Positions 38,781 through 51,022 of a stretch of 64,000 nucleotides of DNA are shown here, one piece after another. The notes beneath the pieces were generated by a model, which saw nothing but the letters and a program-made list of their open reading frames with translations, was not told where the DNA came from and did no database searches. Source of the DNA: Lama guanicoe (taxonomy: Eukaryota); NCBI GenBank assembly GCA_013239625.1, contig MU054187.1, positions 22,261,280-22,325,279 on the forward strand. Reading direction: 5' to 3'. The first letter of the stretch is position 1. Every line of letters starts with the position of its first letter. The translations under genes and the position numbers were made by a program.

Positions 38781-39078
38781 TTTCTCATCCTAATTGCTTG
38801 GAATATCCAGGGAAGAGCTTACATTGAAGAAAGAAATCACATAAACTATGAGCCTATGTGCCCTTGAGGTTCTGGGAGGGGGAAAAAGGCTAGAAATGTC
38901 ACCATCTACTCTCATATGAGGAAAAAGAATACAGAATATTTTAATTTTTGATAACATTTTAATATTAAAATTAATAAATATTTATATTTTATTTTAATTT
39001 ATTTTTAGATATTTAAAACTTTGAATCCTTAAAGAGGGGCCCATCACAGATTTAAATAGTCAATTTTTAAAGTAAGTG

Positions 39079-39226
39079 GTAGAGCGCATGCTTAGCACGC
39101 ACAAGGTCCTGGGTTCAATCCCCAGTACTTCCATTAAAATAAAAAAATAAACCTAATTACCTGTCCCCCCTAAAAAAAAGAGAAAAAAGTTTTTTAATGT
39201 TTTTAAAAAAGATGACCAAACAATAA
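39079..39226 (+). mobile_element. 5'-truncated Vic-1-type SINE
   Basis: gtagagcgcatgcttagc...gggttcaatccccagtac...aaacctaattacc. TSD TAAAGTAAGTG at 39068 and 39227. Confidence 0.9.
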
Positions 39227-39592
39227 TAAAGTAAGTGAAACACTTTAGGTCTGTTTATAGTCCATTATGAGAAATCAGTTTCACTCCCTCACTGCTTTCT
39301 GTGCCCTCCCATCTGACAGTCCCTGTGCAGAAGTCATCATCCACGTACCCCCACCAGTCAGTTCCTGTAACCTTGAATATGGATTTTCAAACTATAGTAC
39401 CCTCTGAGAGTCAGATAATTTACCCTACCCACATCTCTCAGACCCCAGAGTTTAAAATAAAAGGAGACTCACATATTTCCTTAATGAAGGAGTATGTGCC
39501 TGGACTGTGTGCATTTTTTTTTTTTCACACGTGGAATGCCTCTTATTCTCAGACAAGTGTTTTCCTAACGATTGCGCCTTCTTCTAAACCAG

Positions 39593-39771
39593 GTGCAGTT
39601 ACATGATCGACAACGTGATTCTACTGATGAACGGGGCGTTACAGAAAAAGTCTGTGAAAGAAATGCTGGTAAAGTGCCACCCGCTGGGCCGTTTCACAGA
39701 AATGGAAGCCGTGAACATTGCAGAGACGCCTTCGGATCTCTTTAATGCCATCCTGGTGGAAACCCCGTTAG
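39593..39771 (+). CDS. ATP6V0D2: ATP6V0D2 coding exon 3 (179 nt)
   Basis: Acceptor aaaccag|G. Reads [59 protein letters not shown]. Donor TTAG|gtatga. Confidence 0.98.
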
Positions 39772-40966
39772 GTATGAAGGCGGAAGTAGTTGTACAGCTG
39801 CATGTGTGTGTGATCACAGTCATTAGAAAATGCACTGTCTGTTCACAATTTTCTCCACGAGCACAGTCATGCGATACAGATTCCTAGACGTGGAAGGGAC
39901 ACCAAAGAATCGCCTGGTCCAGCTCCCTCATTTTTCAGACCAAGGCAAATGAAGCATACCACGCGGGGTGGCGTACAAACCATTTGTAGCCTAGAGGAGC
40001 ACGTGCTCATCTCCCAGCTTCCAAACCTTTGTCCCTTGAACCTGATCATAGCAGATAAATTACAGAACTTGTAGTTTTTTTTAAAATTAATTGTCTACCT
40101 GGATTTTAAATGATTTCATTTAAAATTTCTGTCTAAATACGACTGCATATAGGTGACATTTTGATTTAGGAAGTCTAGCATGCCCTTTTTTCTGAGATGC
40201 TCAGCAGTGTCTGTCAAATGACCTGAAGCAATGATGAAACAAATGTTAATTTCATTATAATTTGGCACTGCATTAACATTTAAAATACTAATGGGATAAT
40301 TTCGTACAGTTATTGTCAGGAAACATGGATAATAGCAATTCACTATTGACCTTCCGTCCAAATAGTTGCCATTTAAAACAGATTTTTAAAAAGAAAAAAA
40401 TTACATCATTATTAAGTGTCTGATACTAAAAGAGCATCCCATGGCAGAAAGAGGGTGAGTCTGGAAGCAGACATTCGTGAGCATGAAGCCAGGCTCTGCC
40501 TGCCCCCAACCAGGTGACTTGGAGCAATTCGTTCTCCTTCAGTTGCCTCATTTTAAAAACAAGAGTATCTTACGATAACAGAGCTTTGAAAATTAAATAA
40601 GACACAGTTTTAAGACAAGTCAGTGGTTGTCAAAGAGTAAAACTGCAAATGGTAAATATTATTGTTAGATAAAGGAAGGGAGGGGAGGTTTCAAAAAGTA
40701 AACCAGAAAGTGAATAGTTCAAGGTTGTGAGGATTAAATAAGTGAAAGGGCATCCAGTGTTTAGCGAGGGCTTTGCCCAGAGTAAATGCTTCCAAAGTAA
40801 TCTCTCCTGCTGTCACCACTACTGTTGGCCTCATCGAGCCTGTGGCTTGCCATTGCACACTGTCCTAGGTAGGGGTGAGCAAAGGGTGGTGCATTCCAGA
40901 GACATTTGCTAGAGTTTATAATCATGTTTTGGTTAATTGCTGTTGTATTTTAATTTCTGCTTTCAG

Positions 40967-41046
40967 CTCCATTCTTTCAAGACTGTATGTCTGAAAATAC
41001 TCTAGATGAGCTGAATATTGAAATACTGCGCAATAAACTGTACAAG
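40967..41046 (+). CDS. ATP6V0D2: ATP6V0D2 coding exon 4 (80 nt), absent from the ORF track
   Basis: Acceptor gctttcag|CT. Manual translation gives (A)[26 protein letters not shown]. Donor AAG|gtaaat. Confidence 0.97.
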
Positions 41047-42318
41047 GTAAATAAACTGTATAACTGCTTCCCCAAATACTATGTCCTTCTTTGTTACGTA
41101 ATACATCATAACCAGAGTCCTGTATCAAATGTTACTTGCCCCATAGCCAAATTCTGAATGATGGAGCTGTGCTGTGAAAGGTGGGTGGCTGGATGGATGA
41201 ATGGGGTAACCACATCAATCCATTTCAGCACAACCAGCATCCGTAGTGAACCTTGTGTTATGTAGCATCCATCTCTGTCCTCAACCCTCAGAGTCCCTGA
41301 ATTTCACAAGCTACTCGTCCATACAATTTAAATCTGCTGACAGCATGCAGCATACCAAGATGACCAGCTTGTGGACACTACATCATAGACACCACTTTGT
41401 ATAATCCGGTCAGCTGTCTGCCTGGGCTTCACTGCCGCCATTTGAGCAGCTCTGTGCAATATGGGCTGAGCAAAACCTGTCCATTTTCACTTATATGACC
41501 ATTGCATCTTTGAACACTCCCACGAAGTAACGCTAAATGAACACAGAATATATAGGATAAAATATATGCCATGCCATATATTTAACATCTATGCTGAAAC
41601 ATGGATCCTCTCAAAAGCATTGCATTTTCAGGCAACTTTCCTTTTCAGATAAAGAGACTTATGTTGTTACAGGAGGCATCCCTGAGCTAGAGCTGACAGA
41701 AGGCACTACTCTAAGCATTTATAGGCATTAACTCACTTATTCCCCTCAGCAAAACTATGTGCTATCCCCATTTCTCAGATGAGAAACCTGAAGCATGGAG
41801 AGGTAAGATTTACATGGCAGCAGTCAGCTAGCAAGTCAGAGAGCTGGGATTCGAACACGGGCTGTCTGACTCTACCGCCCGGACTTTGCCTTTCCGGTGT
41901 ATTTCTATGCTCAGTGACCTCCCAAACGTGTCTCCTGAGCACTAGGAGAGACTACATGTCAGCATAGGACCTAATCTAGACTTTATTTGCTGAGCTCATA
42001 AAAAAGTTTGGCACCCTTGTCAGAATAGCAGGAATTAGCCCTGTGAAACAATGCGAGAGCCACCCAAAAAAAGTGCTTGTTAAGTCATTATAAGCTCTGA
42101 TCGGTGCAATTTTGTTCTTCTGTGGAGTTCCTTTTTTAGGCTGAGCAGTATGCTTCAATGTGAAAGTCTGCACCAAATTTATTATAAAATATCTCCCTAT
42201 GGGAGAAGTTAATTCAATTTCCATTAAGAAGCTTAATAAGCCATGGAAAGCTGATCTAGAAATTTCCAAAAGGAAAATACATTCATTTTATTGTTTTATA
42301 ATTTTTCTTCTTTTTAAG

Positions 42319-42396
42319 TCTTACATCGAGGCATTCTATAAATTCTGTAAGAATCATGGTGATGTCACAGCAGAAATTATGTGTCCCATTCTTGAG
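42319..42396 (+). CDS. ATP6V0D2: ATP6V0D2 coding exon 5 (78 nt)
   Basis: Acceptor ctttttaag|TCT. Reads [26 protein letters not shown]. Donor GAG|gtaaga. Confidence 0.97.
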
Positions 42397-43859
42397 GTAA
42401 GAAAGAGTCCTTGAATTTTTTTTATGCCCAATAATGTACTTACACACTTTTCATTTATATAATCCTACCAATGTTTTTTAATCTGAGAAGTTCCTTTATC
42501 TAGGAAAAAAAGCAATATATTTTATTATATATATATCATTTGATGTCTTCCAGTTAAAAGTAATATTTTCTTAGTTTTCTACATGGAAGAGTTATTTTGG
42601 AATTCAAAAAGAATAGTGTTTATAGAAGTTTGATCATAATTCACTTTGATGTAGTATGAAGAAAGTAGGTTGTAATTAGCTGAAAATTTAGTATGCTGTG
42701 GACAGGTGGTGCACAATAGATACTCTTACAATAATCACCAACTTCCCTCCAATGAGGGAATATTGGGCAGCTGGGAACCCCCACAACTGGGCACCACTGT
42801 GGGTATCATTCCTTATGTAAATCCTAAAATTAAAAAAGGCTGCCCCGAGCAACCCTTGAGCATTCATTCCAGCCCTTGGCAGGAAGACTCTCTGGGTGGT
42901 GATGCCCACTTGGCATGCCCACTTAATCCTCACAGCCTGCCACATGCCACCGTTCGTTCCTACCTCTCCAATTGATGTTACACTCTTTTAGATTCCTCTT
43001 TATCATCACAGATTTCATCTGTGCCCAGGGCCCTCTTGCTTGCAAGTGTTGATCTACACACGCATGGGAGACTCAGGCCAGAGATCGGAAGGGACTGAGG
43101 GGAATTCTGGGTAGAATTTACGCCTGCATTTTACATAAACCTCTCTTGCTAGCTTCCTAATTCACCTGGATATTTAAAAAAGAAAAATCAATAGCATTCA
43201 GGGCTTAGAAAGCTCTTGGTTTGCCCTGTGAAACCAAGGTTTATCTTTATATATCTAAAGGATATCTTTAATCATTAGATGATCTGTTACAGTGGCTTCA
43301 CTGGTGGGTAGATATTTAAATAGTTCAGTGACTTCTGATTTCAAGAAAAGCCTGGTAAGGATGACCCTTTAAGCAAGAAGAGGGGGGCAAAAAACAACTA
43401 TCTGCATATATTTTAACCTAATGTTCTGAAACTGCATTTGATAAAATCAGTTCCCCTCAAAACGTCTAATTATTAAAATTTTACAGTTAGAGACGCCATG
43501 CTATCGCCTGTTGAAACCTGGAAAGCCAAAGCTGCCCTTGAAGTGAAAACTCTTTGGAGAACTCCAGAAATGCTGTTTGCCCTTGTCTATTGTTACACAG
43601 AAAGTGGGCATTGATAAATAGCAATTTTTTTCATGGCATGCTAATTATCAGAAAGTGAGCTAGTCTCTTTCAGATACGCCGATCACATGACATAAGCAGC
43701 CTACTGACCCCATGACGCATCCCCTTTCTTTTCATAGATTTAACTACTCGCCACACTAAAAGAAGCCACCTTATCTATGGCATAATTCCTGTGCTTTAGA
43801 AATGGTCACGTACTTTATAACCACAAAATATGCGAAAAAAGAGTTATGTTAAATTTAAT

Positions 43860-44470
43860 AACCTTCACACCTGTCAGAATGGCTATCGTCAAAAAGCACA
43901 CAAATAACAAATGTTGGCAAGGATGTGGGGAAAAGGGAGCCCTCTTACACTGTTGGTAGGAATGTAAATTGGTGCAGCCACTGTGGAAAACAATATGGAA
44001 TATTCTCAAAAATCTAAAAATAGAACTACCATGTGACCCAGCAGTTCCACTCCTAGGTATAATAGCTGAAAAAAAATATTAATTTGAAAATATATGTGCA
44101 CGCCAATGTTCACAGCAGCATTATTTACAATTGCCAAGATCAGGAAGCAACCTAGTGTCCGTCACTTGGGATAAAGAAGATGTGGTGTGTGATTATACAA
44201 TGGAGTACTCCTCAGCCATAAGAAAGAAGGAAGTTATCTAAAAGTTACAGCAAACCAGTGAATAAAACAAAAAAGAAGCAGACTCACAGATACAGAGAAC
44301 AAACCAGTGGTTACCAGCGGGGAGAGGAAAGGAGGAGAGACAATACAGGGGTAGGGAGAATACGGGTTATTACGGGGTTATATGAAATCATGTGTGTGAA
44401 ACTTTTGAAAATTATAAAGCACTATATGAGTGAAGGAATCTTCCATTCAAAAAAGAAAAAGAAAAAAATG
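43860..44470 (+). mobile_element. L1 3' fragment with an internal deletion
   Basis: cacacctgtcagaatggctatc...atggagtactcctcagccata...cattcaaaaaagaaaaa. Confidence 0.85.
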
Positions 44471-46079
44471 AATAACCTTACGGAAGGTATATAGTGGCTC
44501 TGTTAATAGCCAACATTTATCATGTACCAGATACTGTCTTAAGTGTTTCATATGCACCAATTCACTTGGACTTCGAAGTAGCACAGTAAGATGGCTAACT
44601 TAGTACCTCTTTTACAGAAGGGACAGCTTAGGCACAGAAAAGGCTAGTAAGTTGCCTGATGTCACACAGCTAGTAAGTGACAGTGTCAGGGTTTGAAGCC
44701 AGGTTGCTTGTCTCCAGTTCTTACCTATTTCTCTGCTGCTACCTCTACATTAGATTCATCATGCACAGTTCTTTTGTATAAGGGTAAGTGATAATTCTTA
44801 AGCAAGATTATACTGCATGTGCTATAAAAAAAATCAGAAATAAATAAGAATTTTGTCTTTGCTATCCTCGGTAATGTAAGAAGGACAGCACAGTATTAAA
44901 AGAATGCTTATCACCAGGAGGATTTGGTCAAAATTATCCTATATGCTGTGTTCTCATTGTCCCTTTCCTATCCCCATGATACTACCTTATTAGATTAGAT
45001 TTTTTTCAAGCTGTGTTAAAAATAAAAATCCACTTAGCTATCTTTATACATTTATATAGAAATATCAGTTATGCATGGTGTGCAATTATGACATTTTTCA
45101 TACCGTCAGAAGAGGTTTGTCAGTTTTGTATAAATATATCGGATCGTGTAATTATTTCCCGTTCTATTTGTGCAGTTGCAGAGCAGTTACAGTTTATAAA
45201 GGTTTTCCATCCATATTCTCATGTGATCTCGTTTGACAGGAGACCGCTAAAGACTTATATCGTGGAAAAAAGAATAACCCCAGGCTTGCAGGTGAACATT
45301 TGACCTAATTACAAGATTGTAACTTAATCCTGAGAAAAAAAAAAAGAAACTGACTTATGTTCAAGGCAAGTGTGTTGCAGCACATTGTTTGCCTTTTATT
45401 CCTGCTTGTCAGACAGGCTGTACAGTTGAGACTGTGACAACTATTCTTAGTGTTTGCTTCACCTCCCCTGGAGCAGTACGCACGCGAGCCAGGCTGGGCT
45501 GGATCCCGTCCCTTCACTCTCCTCCATTGCCATCCACTCCTCTGCCCACTGCTCCCATCAGGGAGACCAGTCTCCTGTAAGAAACTGGCAAGAACATGTG
45601 ACCTGATCCGCCCAGCCCTGTCACGATAATGGTTTTGAATACAACAACAGGGCATGGTTATCTTTTGCAACAGCAACAGAAAATAAGTTACAGTTTTAAA
45701 ATACATGAGTATTTGAAGGGAAGAGCAAAAGGAAAAGACATACGCTGTACCACACAGGCTGACCGCCGTCTGCAAACGATACAGGCTCGCGGGAAGCTAA
45801 TACCACACCATTCACCCTCCTCCATCATCAGATGTCATGTCAAACCGTCTGCTTAGGGGTGGTCAAAGACAGGATAGCCCTCTTACAATTCAAAAATTAT
45901 AGTTCTTTTCACTAAGAGAACACACACACAGAGTCTCTAGACTGTAACATAAAGGAAGTCATATTAGGGAGGAAATAGAAGAGCTTCTTATGAAACAGGT
46001 TGTGTTTGATGGGACCCTCCACTGCAGGTAGATTTCAAACCGGAGCATTGTGGAGTGGAGTTATGTGCCCTGCCCTGCA

Positions 46080-46269
46080 NNNNNNNNNNNNNNNNNNNNN
46101 NNNNNNNNNNNNNNNNNNNNNNNNNNNNNNNNNNNNNNNNNNNNNNNNNNNNNNNNNNNNNNNNNNNNNNNNNNNNNNNNNNNNNNNNNNNNNNNNNNNN
46201 NNNNNNNNNNNNNNNNNNNNNNNNNNNNNNNNNNNNNNNNNNNNNNNNNNNNNNNNNNNNNNNNNNNNN
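46080..46269. other. Assembly gap (190 N)
   Basis: Run of N. Confidence 1.
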
Positions 46270-46395
46270 GCTATGGCCACCAGAATGTCATGCTTTGCTT
46301 TGTGCAGCTTCTTCCCCCCGGGATGGCCTCTGCTGTGTTGCGCGTCTGCAGTGGTGACTGCCCCGCCCTGTTTCTCTCCTTATTAGTCTAGTCTA

Positions 46396-47327
46396 NNNNN
46401 NNNNNNNNNNNNNNNNNNNNNNNNNNNNNNNNNNNNNNNNNNNNNNNNNNNNNNNNNNNNNNNNNNNNNNNNNNNNNNNNNNNNNNNNNNNNNNNNNNNN
46501 NNNNNNNNNNNNNNNNNNNNNNNNNNNNNNNNNNNNNNNNNNNNNNNNNNNNNNNNNNNNNNNNNNNNNNNNNNNNNNNNNNNNNNNNNNNNNNNNNNNN
46601 NNNNNNNNNNNNNNNNNNNNNNNNNNNNNNNNNNNNNNNNNNNNNNNNNNNNNNNNNNNNNNNNNNNNNNNNNNNNNNNNNNNNNNNNNNNNNNNNNNNN
46701 NNNNNNNNNNNNNNNNNNNNNNNNNNNNNNNNNNNNNNNNNNNNNNNNNNNNNNNNNNNNNNNNNNNNNNNNNNNNNNNNNNNNNNNNNNNNNNNNNNNN
46801 NNNNNNNNNNNNNNNNNNNNNNNNNNNNNNNNNNNNNNNNNNNNNNNNNNNNNNNNNNNNNNNNNNNNNNNNNNNNNNNNNNNNNNNNNNNNNNNNNNNN
46901 NNNNNNNNNNNNNNNNNNNNNNNNNNNNNNNNNNNNNNNNNNNNNNNNNNNNNNNNNNNNNNNNNNNNNNNNNNNNNNNNNNNNNNNNNNNNNNNNNNNN
47001 NNNNNNNNNNNNNNNNNNNNNNNNNNNNNNNNNNNNNNNNNNNNNNNNNNNNNNNNNNNNNNNNNNNNNNNNNNNNNNNNNNNNNNNNNNNNNNNNNNNN
47101 NNNNNNNNNNNNNNNNNNNNNNNNNNNNNNNNNNNNNNNNNNNNNNNNNNNNNNNNNNNNNNNNNNNNNNNNNNNNNNNNNNNNNNNNNNNNNNNNNNNN
47201 NNNNNNNNNNNNNNNNNNNNNNNNNNNNNNNNNNNNNNNNNNNNNNNNNNNNNNNNNNNNNNNNNNNNNNNNNNNNNNNNNNNNNNNNNNNNNNNNNNNN
47301 NNNNNNNNNNNNNNNNNNNNNNNNNNN
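46396..47327. other. Assembly gap (932 N)
   Basis: Run of N. A minus-strand L1 3'UTR (47328-47500) runs into it. Confidence 1.
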
Positions 47328-48589
47328 TCCCTGTGCTATGCAGAAGAAATCTGTTCTTTATCTATTTTATATATAGTAGTGAATATTGCAGATCTCAAAC
47401 TCCCAATTTACCCCTTCCCAACTCCTTCTCCCCGGTAACTTTAAGTTTGTTTACTGTGTCCGGGAGTCTGTTTCTGTTTTATAGATGAGTTCATTAGTGT
47501 AGAATTCTGCGTTTCAAAACAAGCTTGCAGGTGATGTTAGGGCTACTGATCCATGACACACCCCTTGATTAGCAACATTGTAGAGTATTGGAGAAGTTTT
47601 AAAGTCCTAGAACCACAGACCATTCTGTTGGATTTAGTAAACAGTTAAGTTCTTCCCCTGCATCAGACATTGGCTATTCAAAAATGAATGATGGACAAGA
47701 GAGACATGATCCCTCAAAGATTTTAGAGCGTAGTCGGGAGAAACACACACACACAGATTTTAAAATAACATGGTAAGTGCAGGTTGCTCCAGGTGGATGG
47801 AGAAGGCTTTTTTAGCCTGAGGACACCGTGACAAACTCCCGTGGTGGGCAGAGGAGGTGCCTGTGAGGGACAGACTGAGATGAAGTGGTCAGAGGAGGCA
47901 GGAGGAGGACCAAGAGGCAGAGGAAACATGGCAACCAGAGGACTGGAGAGAACTTTCAGGAAGGACTTGGTGGTTGGATGAAGTAGAGAGCTCTGACGCG
48001 GGGCTGGGAGCTTGGGTGCCTAGTGGTGCTCAGCACAGAGAAGTCAGGCCATGAGTATCTGGGACCCACCTGAGACATCGTGTGGCCAAACCCCACCATT
48101 TACAAATCAGGAAACTGAGGCTCTGAAAGGAAGATCCCTTCTCCTGAGCCCCATAATTCTTAGCCACAGACTTAGATTTATGGATATCCAACCTGGGACT
48201 TTAAAGAAGAAAACCAAAACCAGGAAAGCACAACAAATCGTAAGTAGCACAGGGTTTCACTACGTAAAATAATCACACTGATGTCAACAATCAGAAAGGG
48301 ACATTAACACGTATGGCATGTACTTTCCATTCTGAACACTCTGCCAGGCCCTCCCCTCTACATTGTCTTGTTCTATCTCTGATGGACCCCAACAAGTAGG
48401 ATTTATTCCCATTTTCATGGAAGAGACATTTGAGACCCTGGGGGCCTACGTGAGAGAGACACACGAGTAATCGCAGAGGGCCTGGGGATGAAAGTTCAGT
48501 GGGATGTCAGGAGTCACAGGCCATTGTCACTGCTGTGTGATCCTTCTCTGGCAGGCGAGTCACTCTATCATAAGAAAAGGTGAAGCAGT

Positions 48590-49410
48590 GGGGAGGGTAT
48601 AGCTCAAATGGTAGAGCGCATGCTTGGCATGCATGAGGTCCTGGGCTCAATCCCCTGTACCTCCATTAAAAATAATAATAATAATTTTTTAAAACACCTT
48701 TATTGTGGTATGGCTCCTATACAGTAAATTATACATATTTCAGATGAACACTTTGATGGATTTTGATAGATGTACGCACCAATGAAACCACTACCACAAT
48801 CAAGATAGTTAACATTTCCATCACTCCCAAAGAGGTGCAATTTTCGAATTCCCAATTTATCCCTTTCCACCCCCTTTAATCCCTGGTAACTATAGGTTTG
48901 TTCTCTATGTCTGTGAGTCTGTTTCTGTTTTGTAGACAAGTTCATTTGTGTCCTTTTTTATAGATCCCACATGTAAGTGGTATCATATGGCATTTTTCTT
49001 TCTCTTTCTGGCTTACTTCACTTAGAATGCTGATTTCCAGGTCCATCCATGTTGATACAAATGGCATTATTTTATTCTTTTTTATGGCTGAGTAGTATTC
49101 CATTGTTTGTGCACGTGCATGTGTGCATGTGTGTGTGTGTATACACCACATCTTCTTTATCCAGTCATCTGTCGATGGATATGTGGGTTGCTTCTATGTC
49201 TTGGCTATCGTAAATAGTGCTGCTGTGAACATTGGAGCACATATGTCTTTTTGAATTATATTTTTCTCTAGATATATGCCCAGGAGTGGGATTTCTGGAT
49301 CACATTATAAGTCTGTTTTTAGTTTTTTAATGAACCTAATGACCTTCCCTCCTAAAAAATGAAATAAATTTTTCTAATTAAAAAAATTTTAAGTTTAAAA
49401 ATAAAAGCAA
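48590..49410 (+). mobile_element. Vic-1-type SINE split by a nested minus-strand chimeric L1 unit (~48690-49330, copy 2)
   Basis: SINE head ggggagggtatagctcaaatggtagagc at 48590. Tail aacctaatgaccttccctcctaaaaa at ~49333. L1 ORF2-end ORF 48942-49151 (-) lies between. Confidence 0.85.
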
Positions 49411-49547
49411 AGGGAACATTAATAACACATGTCTGTATTATAATGAGACATAGATCTGCAAGAGAAAGCCAATCATTTTGAGATGAATTTGTCTAGAGCT
49501 TTTAGGAGACGGTTCGATTTCACTGATTCCACATCTTGCAAATTCAG

Positions 49548-49724
49548 TTTGAGGCTGACAGACGTGCTTTTATCATCACTCTTAACTCCTTTGGCACTGA
49601 GTTGAGCAAAGAAGACCGGGAGACCCTCTACCCGACCTGCGGCAAGCTCTACCCTGAGGGGCTGCGGCTGCTGGCCCAAGCAGAAGACTTCGAGCAGATG
49701 AAGAGAGTAGCGGATCATTACGGG
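49548..49724 (+). CDS. ATP6V0D2: ATP6V0D2 coding exon 6 (177 nt)
   Basis: Acceptor aattcag|TTT. Reads [59 protein letters not shown]. Donor GGG|gtatgt. Confidence 0.98.
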
Positions 49725-49736
49725 GTATGTGATCAT

Positions 49737-50346
49737 GGTACCGGAGGATGGGATGTATTACCTTGAGCTGAGAAGCTTCAGGTGCTCCAAGAGCAATTAG
49801 ATGCTACCAGGTTCCTTGACCGTCTTCTGTCATTCCATCGTGATGTGTGGACTTCACCTAATATTTATTAGGTAGAAAGAAAGCAGTATCTCTTGCTGTA
49901 ACATCTCTCCCAAAGAAATAGTTCAAGTTTCAAATCCAAGTCAGTGGTATTTTTTAAGGTCCCTGCCAAGCAAGTACTTGTTTAAATCTCCAAGGAATGG
50001 TCATTTGAGCTTTTTCTTTTTTCTTCTTCTGAAGTGCTGGATAAAGCTAGTCCCCAAGGGACTGGTGCCGTGCTCTGAAAGTGTGAGCTCACGTCAGGGT
50101 TACGTAAAGCAGCTGGACCCAGAGTCCTTTCAAGTGGCCACTGGGCAGACAGGGTTGGGGCGGGATGTGTGCGTGAATGACAAGGGGGAGTCTGGGTGCG
50201 CTGGTTTGTGCCACTCCCTTTGCTCAGCGGCCAGACATCGGGAGAGGAAAGAGGGCCGCTGTGTCTTTTCCTGCTCCAGCATCTAACTGCTCTGGGAGCA
50301 CCTGAAGCCGCTCAGCCCAGGGTAACACATCCCATCCTCCGGTACC
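49737..50346. repeat. 69-bp inverted repeat pair (49737-49805 and 50278-50346) in intron 6
   Basis: Ungapped manual alignment gives 62/69 identity between arm 1 and the reverse complement of arm 2. The ORF track shows GTGGWDVLP on both strands. Confidence 0.97.
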
Positions 50347-50944
50347 GCTGCTTCTGACTTGCAGACGGCAGCACGCAGACCCGCCAGGTAACTTCCCCAG
50401 AACTGGAAGGACACTCTTCTTGGCTTTGTCTGTGGGTTTCTGAAGCCCTCCAGGAAAGATAAGCCAACAAACAACGCGTGGGGCATTGCGGGAGGCTCTT
50501 GGAATAACACTGAAATTTGAGTTTCTCCCCAATTCCCCTTCCTCACTTGAAATGCCGTGTGAATTTTATCGGTTGTCACCTCAAAGAACCCGTGAAGCCA
50601 TGCTGATCAAACCGCAGCCACTCATTAAGCCGCTATAGTGTATCTAACTAGCCCTAAGAATCAAATGCACGGATTAGCTCTGTACATTCAGAGCAGAACT
50701 GCATTTGCCTCTCGTCTTGTTGGCCTCACTAAGCCAACAAGATGAAATTCTATCCATCCATACACTTACTGCTTGGATTTTTTTGTATTTTCTCAAGAGG
50801 CTAAATATTCTACAAAAAAGCATTCAGGCCTTCTGGATAGATTTTTTAAAGCAGAGGCATAATTTCTCCATTGTTAGGGAAAATGGTGTAGATTTATAAA
50901 AAAAATAAAAATTTGTTAGCTAATTTCTTGTCTTTGTTTTTAAG

Positions 50945-51022
50945 GTATACAAGCCTTTGTTTGAGGCTGTGGGTGATGGCAGCGGGGCAAAGACACTGGA
51001 GGACATGTTTTATGAGCGTGAG
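50945..51022 (+). CDS. ATP6V0D2: ATP6V0D2 coding exon 7 (78 nt)
   Basis: Acceptor gtttttaag|GTA. Reads VYKPLFEAVGDGSGAKTLEDMFYERE. Donor GAG|gtacga. Confidence 0.96.

Noticed and set aside
45305..45775. 156-aa minus-strand ORF in intron 5
   Set aside because: No recognisable domain or splice support. Consistent with a chance ORF.
46000..46391. ORFs containing X runs
   Set aside because: Artefacts of the N gap.
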